This document shows, one piece after another, positions 56,046 through 64,000 of a DNA stretch of 64,000 bases. The notes under the pieces are model-generated. The model was given only the letters and a program-made list of their open reading frames with translations. It was not told the DNA's origin and did not search any database. The stretch comes from the human T2T-CHM13v2.0 reference genome, Homo sapiens. The translations under genes and the position numbers were made by a program. The stretch is taken from the NCBI RefSeq assembly GCF_009914755.1, contig NC_060926.1; one strand, given 5' to 3'. How positions within the stretch are numbered: position 1 is the stretch's first letter; every line of letters starts with the position of its first letter.

Positions 56046-56648
56046 TTTTCTTCCCCTCCCATTTTTATGATGTAGACAAGAGACCAGTCCACCAGGCCAT
56101 CTCTGGCTTCAGCAGATCATTGAGTTCTTCTGTTCAGAATCTCATTTTGGAAAACCGAGAAATGTCCTGGGGTTATATCAGATTTTACCAAAGCAGATCC
56201 CAAAGACAGGACTGCGGGCCAGAACACAGGATACCGGGGGCTCCAGGAAGCAGGGGTCAGGCTAGGGAAAGCCACCCTGGCCCAGCCTCTCCAGCAGTCC
56301 CTTCAGAGAGACCTCCCCTTCAAGAGCAGGAAACCCAGAGCTGGGATCTGGACTCAACCCCTGAACCCCAGGGACACCCATACACAACCAGGCAGCTCAG
56401 CCCCATCTGAAATCTGCTTGCTTTTCAGTGTCATGCTTCCCATTCATCCTCATAAAAGACTCCAAACAGCTTCCGGTGACTGGGTCCAAAGCAGCCCAGG
56501 TGTTCCATGAACATCTAATCAAGTTCACCATCTTTCCAAGATGACAAATGGGATTTTCATGTTGGAGTCTCCATCTGTGATCTTCTCTAGGTGTTGGATT
56601 ATGAACGGGTTTTTGTTTTCTTCTTTAGCTATGTCTGTACTTTGCACA

Positions 56649-56683
56649 TTGTTGTTGTTGCTGTTGTTGTTGTTGTTGTTGTT
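56649..56683. repeat. (TTG)4 CTG (TTG)6 microsatellite
   Basis: Read directly. Confidence 0.9.
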
Positions 56684-56949
56684 AATAAGTGAGTGCTTTT
56701 TGAGATTGGTAGCAGGGGTGGTAGGGAGAGTTAAAAAAATTGGACTTATCCTTAAGATTCTCTTGAGAGGTCTTCATCCTCTGGTTCACTTCTCTCACTT
56801 GACTATTTCTCCAGGCTCTAAGTCCTCAAGGGCAGTAACTGTGTCTTTTCAGTCAAGAAATATTTAGTGAGCACCAACCATTCTGAGACCAGCTCAAAAT
56901 ATGAAGATGCACTGGGCATTCCAGTAGCCCACAATGGTTTCCCTGTGGC

Positions 56950-57095
56950 CAAGCCCTGTAAGCTCCTGGATGTCAGAGCTTGCATCTAATACATCTCTGA
57001 GCCCCAGGTACCACACACAGCACCTGGTGAACAGTGAATCATCTATAAACTTCACCGAATGAATGGGTGAGTGAGTGGATAAACAAATGAATTAC
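56950..57095 (+). mobile_element. L2 3' end
   Basis: 'ctgtaagctcctgga...cacagcacctgg...gaatgaatgggtgagtgagtgg'. Confidence 0.65.
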
Positions 57096-58216
57096 AAATA
57101 GACTGGAATCCCCCACAATATCAACAGCACTTACACAGTGGGGAAAAATCAAGAACTTGAATATTTATTGGGAAAGGGCATCCTTTTTTTTTTTCTAGAC
57201 AGTATCTGGAAAGGATTTTACATGTCATTCTTCTCTTTTCTTATCATAGTCATTCACCTCCTGGTGAAACCAAGTAACAGAAGAGCTTGTCCCAGCCACA
57301 GAGATATCCCTAAATCTGAAAAGACTTTGGAATTCTGGGGCAGCAGATGAGACCTATATCCACAGAATATAAGGGCTGATGATGCTCTGATGGCATTGAT
57401 TTCTTTGCTGTGGCTGGTGGGCTGGGTTCACACTGACCCCACAGGGGCACTAAGGAAGCTAGTCCTTTGCTTACTTTGATTTATATATGCCCTGAAGATT
57501 TTGCTGGTACTATGTCTACAAGGAAGTAGACATAACCTGGACCAAGTGTTATCTCAATAGTTCAACCTCACTTCTGCCCCCACAGAGGTAAAAAAGAGGG
57601 AAAGAGAGAGAGAAAGAGGGAGAGAGAGGGGAAGGAAAGAAGGAAGGAAATCATAGTCTGATTAATAAGATAATGATGGATGTCACGTCCATCTCCTCTA
57701 AGGCTGTTGGTAAGGTCAACAGGAGAAAGTAGAGTGTTGATAATTAGAAATAGGTTTGTCTCCATTTCTGCAGAAACCGTAGAGAAAATGAAGTTGTCAG
57801 TTGATGCAATACAACAACAAAAAACCCAAATGATGGGGGATCACTATGCTTAACCTCCAGATGAACCCCCTGGAATACAAGAAGGATGTTTGAACATGAT
57901 AGAGAAAACCCAGCTTTCAGATAGTCAGTGGTCAAGTGAAGGGAAAGCAATTTGAAAAAGTGAAAATCTAGAACACAATGAGTGAAAACATGAGTCCTCA
58001 TGTCTTAGAAATTGAGCCATCTGGATTTGGGTCCTGGCCCTGACACATGGAAACTATAAAGTCTTGGGTAATTATGAAATCTCTCAAAGCCTCAGTGTTG
58101 TCTATGAAATACAGTTGAGGCAGTTCACTTTTCTTCTTATTCTTCCCCTTGTTATCTCTTCCTTTCTTTTCCTGAATAATTCACTTGAAAAACCCTAAAT
58201 AGAACTGAACAAGGCC

Positions 58217-58703
58217 CATGGTAGGCTGAATAACAACTCCCACAAAGATGTTCACACTCTAATCCTCACACCAGTGAATATGTTACCTTACTCCATGTAC
58301 AATAGACTGTGCAGATGTGATCAAGCTAAGGAACATGAAATGGAGAGACTATGGTGGATTATTTGGGTGGGCCCGGTGTAATCACAAAGGTCTTTATAAA
58401 AGGGAGGCAGAAGAATCAGATACATAGACAGAAGATATGAGGACAGAAGTAGTGGTCAGAAAAGAGAGAAAGTGCCACACTACCAGCTCTGAAAATGGAG
58501 AAAGGAACCATGAACCAAGGAATGGGTACAGCCTCTAAAAGCTAGAAAAGCAAATAAATGGGTTCTCACCTAGAACCTACAGGACTGCAACCCTGCAGGC
58601 CCATTCTAGACTTCTGACTTTCAGGCTGTAGGATCATAAATGTGTGTTGTTTTAGTCCACTAAGCTTGTGGTAGTTAGTTACAACAATCACAGAAAACTA
58701 ATT
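58217..58703 (+). mobile_element. MaLR solo LTR (MLT1D-like)
   Basis: 'ggtaggctgaataa...gtgaatatgttacctta...tgcagatgtgatcaagctaagg...ccactaagcttgtggta...agaaaactaat'. Confidence 0.88.
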
Positions 58704-58869
58704 TATTGTCCTTAAAGGAGGGGCTTGAGCTGTGTGAAGAAGACATTCTCATGAAGGGGAGGCGGCTTCAGTGGCCCCCTATGAAGTGTTGGAGTCTGAG
58801 AGGGCTGAGGATGGCATCAGTGCAGGGGAAGCGCACGGTGCAGAAGCCAGAGCTCAAGTGTGGATGAGA

Positions 58870-60235
58870 GTGTCCATACTCTGGGGTGAAAACAAGGAAA
58901 CAGCAATGACAGGAGATAGGTTGCATAGAGAAGGATGTATTTAATACTTTAAGGGTAACTGGAGAGAGATTTCCCACTGTCCAAGAAGGTGTTAAATGCA
59001 AATTGGAGGTGAACTCATGGTCTGCAAAAATAAATATACATATATTCTCAAAGTTCTGTCTACTTAGAGGCCAGAAGAGCACAATAATAATGAGCACACA
59101 TACACCCTCAATCTTGGCTTCTAAATACCATTCTCTATTGAAAACAAGCAGTGCTCCTTAGAGAAATTACTGACTTCAGTACTGGGGCAGGAAAAAAATG
59201 AGCCTGGAACATCCCTTTCTGCCATAAACTAAAAAATTACTCAGAGATTGATGTGGTCTGCCATGATCTGAATGTGTCCCCCCAAAATTTATATGTTGAA
59301 ACTTAATCCTCACTGTGGTGGTATTAAGAGGTGGGGCATCTGGGGGGTAATTTGGGGGCCTTTAGGAACAATAACCTTATAAAATAGGCCCGATGGAGCT
59401 TGTTTTCCCCTTCCACCATGTGAGGGTACAGATAGAAGACGCCATCTGAGGAGCCAACAGCAAGCTCTCACCAGACACCAAATCTGCTGGTACCTTGATC
59501 TTGGACTTCCCAGCCTTCAGAACTGTGAGCAATAAATTTCTATTTTTTATAAACTACCCAGTCTAAAGTATTTTGTTATAGCAACCCTAACAGACCAAGA
59601 CAGGTCACATCAAAGGACACAGAAGGCAGATTGAAGGTGTTCCCAATAGCCAAATTTAGGATAATTTGAGCATAGGGGGAAAAATGAAAGGAAACTATTC
59701 GATAAAATAAAAATGTATGAGTTTATACTCTATAAATAAATGAATGAATACATCAAAATTTTGATGAGGAATGGAATAATTATATACACTTAATGTCTCC
59801 ACAAAATACATATTAACCACAAAAGGCAAACATGTAAAGTGGAGAAATTTGGCAGATACTGTCTCAATCAAGTGATCAAAGTTAACATCACCAGTGACAG
59901 GATTATTTTATATTGTACCTCTCTGATAGGATGTCATGAAAATTATGCAAGCAGCATTACTTCTGTGATATTCCTGCCAAAGCAGTATAACTAAAGAAGC
60001 ATCCAGCAAGCCCAAATTGTAGGTCATTCCACAAAATAATGGACTGCACACTTCAAAAGGATCAAGACCATGAAAGTCAAGGGAAGACTGAGGACTAAAA
60101 AGACATGACAACTCAATGCCACTGTGCTTCTGGGCTGAGTCCTTTTGCCATAAGACAGCTGTCAAACTTAAATGGGGTTTGAGGATTCAATAGCAATGAC
60201 GCAATAATGTGAGTTCTTTCATCTGGATTGTTGTC
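58870..60235 (+). mobile_element. L1MC4-like 3' UTR (split by an MST LTR)
   Basis: 'atcttggcttctaaataccattct', 'gagcctggaacatc', 'caagtgatcaaagttaacatcaccagt', 'cttctgtgatattcctgccaaa'. Confidence 0.75.
59259..59602 (+). mobile_element. MaLR solo LTR (MSTC/MSTD-like)
   Basis: tg...ca termini; 'tctgaatgtgtcccc...atgttgaaacttaatcc...accttgatcttggacttcccagcc'; flanked by ggtc on both sides. Confidence 0.88.
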
Positions 60236-60919
60236 CCACTGGAATGGGGCTGCCACCATGAACAGTCATTGACTGGGAACAGCATGGCCTCTACAAAAAC
60301 AAGATGGGAGATTCCAAAGGGTAGCATTTAGGGCCTGTCCTCAATTATTTTCTCAGCAGCAGGAGAGTCAAGGGTACATTTTCAAGGCCTTCACACACCA
60401 ACATGCAAAAACTTTCCCCTCCCTCCCCAAAAATGACTGGAAGTTTAAATGATTATTTTAACATTATAAAATGTATGTTAAAATCTCAAGTCAAAATTAC
60501 TCTTTAAGTAATGAGAGCTGTATATGTCATTATGTATGTGTGTGTATACACATATATATATACACATACAAAAGTTGTACAGAGATCATCTAATTAGCAC
60601 AGCAATGCTAAGCATTTCTCCCAAAAGTTGGAGCCATGAGTAAACCCAAGCATACCACCATTTATTGGAAAAATTAGAAAAAAAAGTTAAAAATTTAACT
60701 TCAGAAAATTAACTTTACCCTGTCTTCAGCTCTTTTGCCTTTTCCTCTTGCATATTTGGGAAGCATGATGTCACCTCCAGCTCTCACTGGTTCTGCTGGT
60801 GACATCAGTTGCCCTTCCAGACTTGTCCTCAGAAGCAGGTTCTTCATCTTGAAAGAGATTCACTCTGCAACCAAGACCATGTCCATTGCTCTGGCTTCTT
60901 TCCAAGGAGGCATCTGTAC

Positions 60920-61720
60920 TGTCTGAGGGCTCCACCATCTCTCACCTTGAGTGTTGTTGCATCAGCTTTCTACCTAGTCCTTTTAGCTCCAGTCTTACTT
61001 TCATTCCAATCTGTTCTCTACTTTACAGGTAGGATAGTGCTCTGAAATGCAAGTCTAATCATGCCATTTTCCTGCTTAACACTTGTCAGTGACTCCCTAT
61101 TGCCTAAGCAAGTGTTCTTAGCCCGGGCTTCAGAAGATAGGAGAGTCCCATCAGATTACAGTCATAATTTTGTGTGCATAAGGAAACATGCAGTTTTCTT
61201 AAGAGAAGGTCCATAAATTTCATCAGATTTGAAGAGTCCGTTGGGAAAAGGCTGAGAACTCCTGGCCTCTGGATTAAGTCCAAGCTCACCATTTACTTCC
61301 TCCTTGTAATTTTTTGCTCTAATAATTCCAAAGTACTTACAATCCCCCACTTCCACCATGCTGTTTCTAAATCTCCATGCTTCTTGTTCTTTCTGCCTGG
61401 AATGCCCTTCCCTCATTTCTTTTCCTGGTGATCTCTTATTCATCCTAAAGACTGTGGCAGGTAACTTCTCCCCCAAAAAGTTCCCAGAATTCCCAGGCTG
61501 GGCTAAGTGCCTCTACTATGTTCCTCTCGAATACTCTATGCATGCCTTAGTGATATTAACCACATCTGTTCTAGTTATTCATTCATGCATATATCTCCCC
61601 ATTGGGCCATGTGTCTCTTGAGGGTTGAGGCCACATGCTATTCACGACTGCATTTCCTGGACTTCTTACAAGGCCAAGCATAGGGTGAGCCCTCAAGATA
61701 CATTTGTAAGACTCAGCAGA
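60920..61720 (+). mobile_element. L2 fragment
   Basis: 'ctgaaatgcaagtctaatcatg...ctgcttaacactt', 'tctgcctggaatgcccttccc'. Confidence 0.75.
61109..61264. mobile_element. hAT-Charlie element (MER103-like) nested in the L2
   Basis: 'agaaggtccataaatttcatcagatt...aaaggctgagaactcctg'; L2 sequence resumes afterwards. Confidence 0.5.
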
Positions 61721-64000
61721 ACACCAGACAAACCTCTGGTACTGTTGTTTCATTTTCTAGCATTTTATTTGCCTGGGCCAGCCGTTCTGGGAGGCTCTTC
61801 CTTCTACCTGGTGTGAATAAAGGACCCAGGGTTGGTTTTATCTGGGTCTATGAAGGAAATAGCCTGGTTCCAGTACGTACCTAATCACCTCACCTCTTCC
61901 TGACCCTTCTTTTCTCCTGTGTGAAAGGAAGCTAATAGTCCCAGCCTGCCCTGCCTCACCCTGACAGTGCAGAAGACAGGAAAGTGGCTCTGAAAAGTTT
62001 GGGGGAAGGAAAACTATACATAGGTAGAATGTGAGAAGAGAGGAGTGTGTCTGAGTGAGTCCAAAGCTAGGCATTGCAGGGATAATGTCTCCCAGTTTTG
62101 GTGTTCATAGGGAACAAAAAAAAAAGTCAATAAAATCTGAAACCAAAATGTTCTGCTCTTTGGACCCCACCCTAAATTCCCCCAGTTCTCTTGACTAAGG
62201 TGGTGGGGGACAATGCAGGGACCGTGTTTTGTCTTCTTGACCTAGCCGGGGGCAAAGAAGACTGAGAAGGCTGGGCAGAAGGAGGGAGTGCTACTAATCA
62301 GCCTCCAAATCACAGCACAGCTGAATATGAATTTGACTTTCCACTGGCAGATTGCAATAATACCATCCTTTGGAATGCCCTTGGAGCTTCCAATTGCTGT
62401 CTTTTGGTTTAGATTAAACCTTGACTTAGCTTGCCAAGTGTGAAACCCACCCGACCCTCATGCAGTGTATGTTTTGAGCTCAAATTGAACTTTATAAGGT
62501 GCAAGTTAATTTGCATTTGGCAAAATGCAATTTCCTGTTTCTAAGAAAAAGGGACTTTAAAGATTTATTTAAGAGATGCAAATGGCTTCCTGGACATCAA
62601 ATAGCTCTTACAAAGCAATATTTTAATAAGTTAAGTGTAAATGAATAAAAAACACATGAATCTGATTTCCCTTGAACTGCAGATGGGTTTAACAAATAGA
62701 GGAGGGAAATGGCTTGGCCCTGGGACTTGGGGGTTTTCTCCTTCCAAAATGTTTAGAAAAGTAGATCAAGATGTTAGACAAACCTCTGCACACACCAGGG
62801 TTCCCCAGCTCAGATTGTGTATCTCCAGAATTCATGCTCCGTAAACAAAGGGAAGGTTCCAAATCAGCTCCACTGGGCAAGTCTCTCTTACCCACTCTGC
62901 TTTCTGCCTGTGCATTGCCAAATCTTCCCTTCTGCCTCTTTCTCCTCCCTCACTCAGAAATGCTGAGGCCATAGTTTCCTCACACCCTCCCCAAAGCCTT
63001 GTGCTCCATTGCTGAGACAACACAGGCATTGGAGCCGGGGGGCCGGCAGTGTGGTCTTTTCTCTCCAGTCTCATCCTCTAGTGTCTGAAGAACTCCTAGC
63101 CCAGGACTTCACTCCAATCTCAGAAACCATAAAAACACTCCCAGTCAACTGCCCTCCACACCATCTGAACAGCTTTCCTCTAGCCCATCCCTCTGAAAAA
63201 CTGAAGCCTGCCAATGGACTTGAGGCTGACTACAAGGTTACAACCCCTGCCTTTCTACTAGATGAGACTTCTTCTTAAGGGGTTGGTGGATTCTGTGGGG
63301 AAATGGTTATGCCATGCAGGCTGAAAAGACAGCTGCCCATCAATGTATGGGAAGTGGTATCTATCCTTTGGGTAGGGCTGGTGGGGGGCATTCATGGAAT
63401 CACAGAAAAAGGCAGTGGCTCTTGGGTAGAAAACCAAGTAATAAAAATGGGCCGTAAGTCAGCAAGATTCGGGATATAGGAATCAGCCCTCCTGTCTTGA
63501 CCTGGATGCCAAGGTGTCTAGGGCCGTGTGTGTGCTCACAGAGAGTGGGCAGAAATTCTAGGATTGATCACAAATTGCAGAAGAGTGACATGCCTTTGAC
63601 TCAGAGGAACTGTATGCATGGTTCTGTCTGTGATTATTTCCTTGTTGCTATCTCCTAATACTTGGAGCAGATTTGTTCAAATGTTCCATTGCATCTAATC
63701 TAGGCTATGAGCTGGAGAGGGAAGACTGGCTTGCTCTTTCTTTGGCCAGAATGACAATGGAGTAACAGTGCTCCCTGAGGTCTTCAGGATGTTGATTCCA
63801 AAACAAAACTAGAGCTGCAGATTAGTTAGAGAGGTCACCTTGAAGGTGATGAGGCATGATTTTCTTAAGGAAGTGGCACTTCCTCACAAGTAGGGAAAAA
63901 ATCAACAGTTTTTAAGGATTCTAGAAGAGGCCATTGCCCTGTTTTCTTCAACACAATTTTGCTGGCCATCAGTCACTATAGGATATCATGCTAGGCCCTG

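Noticed and set aside
60532-60570. Palindromic alternating purine-pyrimidine tract (tgtatgtgt...acacataca)
   Set aside because: Self-complementarity is expected from juxtaposed TG/TA/CA microsatellites

Overview
This window is non-coding primate (human-like) genomic DNA: CpG-depleted and dense in Alu (J/S/Y, FLAM), L1 (L1PA to L1M, HAL1-like), L2, MIR, MaLR/ERVL solo LTRs and hAT-type MER elements, plus microsatellites. I find no host protein-coding gene, RNA gene or CRISPR array, and no evidence of a new multi-gene system. The only protein homology I recognise is broken L1 ORF2; the other long ORFs come from Alu or simple repeats. Repeat subfamily names are from memory of consensus sequences and need RepeatMasker/Dfam confirmation; boundaries of old repeats are approximate. 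The most interesting signals are structural: (1) a ~290-bp fold-back of two unusually similar inverted MER5-like arms with a concentric inner stem (19.2-19.5 kb); (2) an L1MB+AluSc composite with shared flanking repeats (24.7-25.5 kb); (3) a twin-primed inverted L1PA with a 15-bp overlap (32.7-34.9 kb); (4) a small CpG-retaining promoter-like patch with an adjacent splice donor (44.6-44.8 kb); (5) local tandem duplications and an ~860-bp purine tract with higher-order structure.
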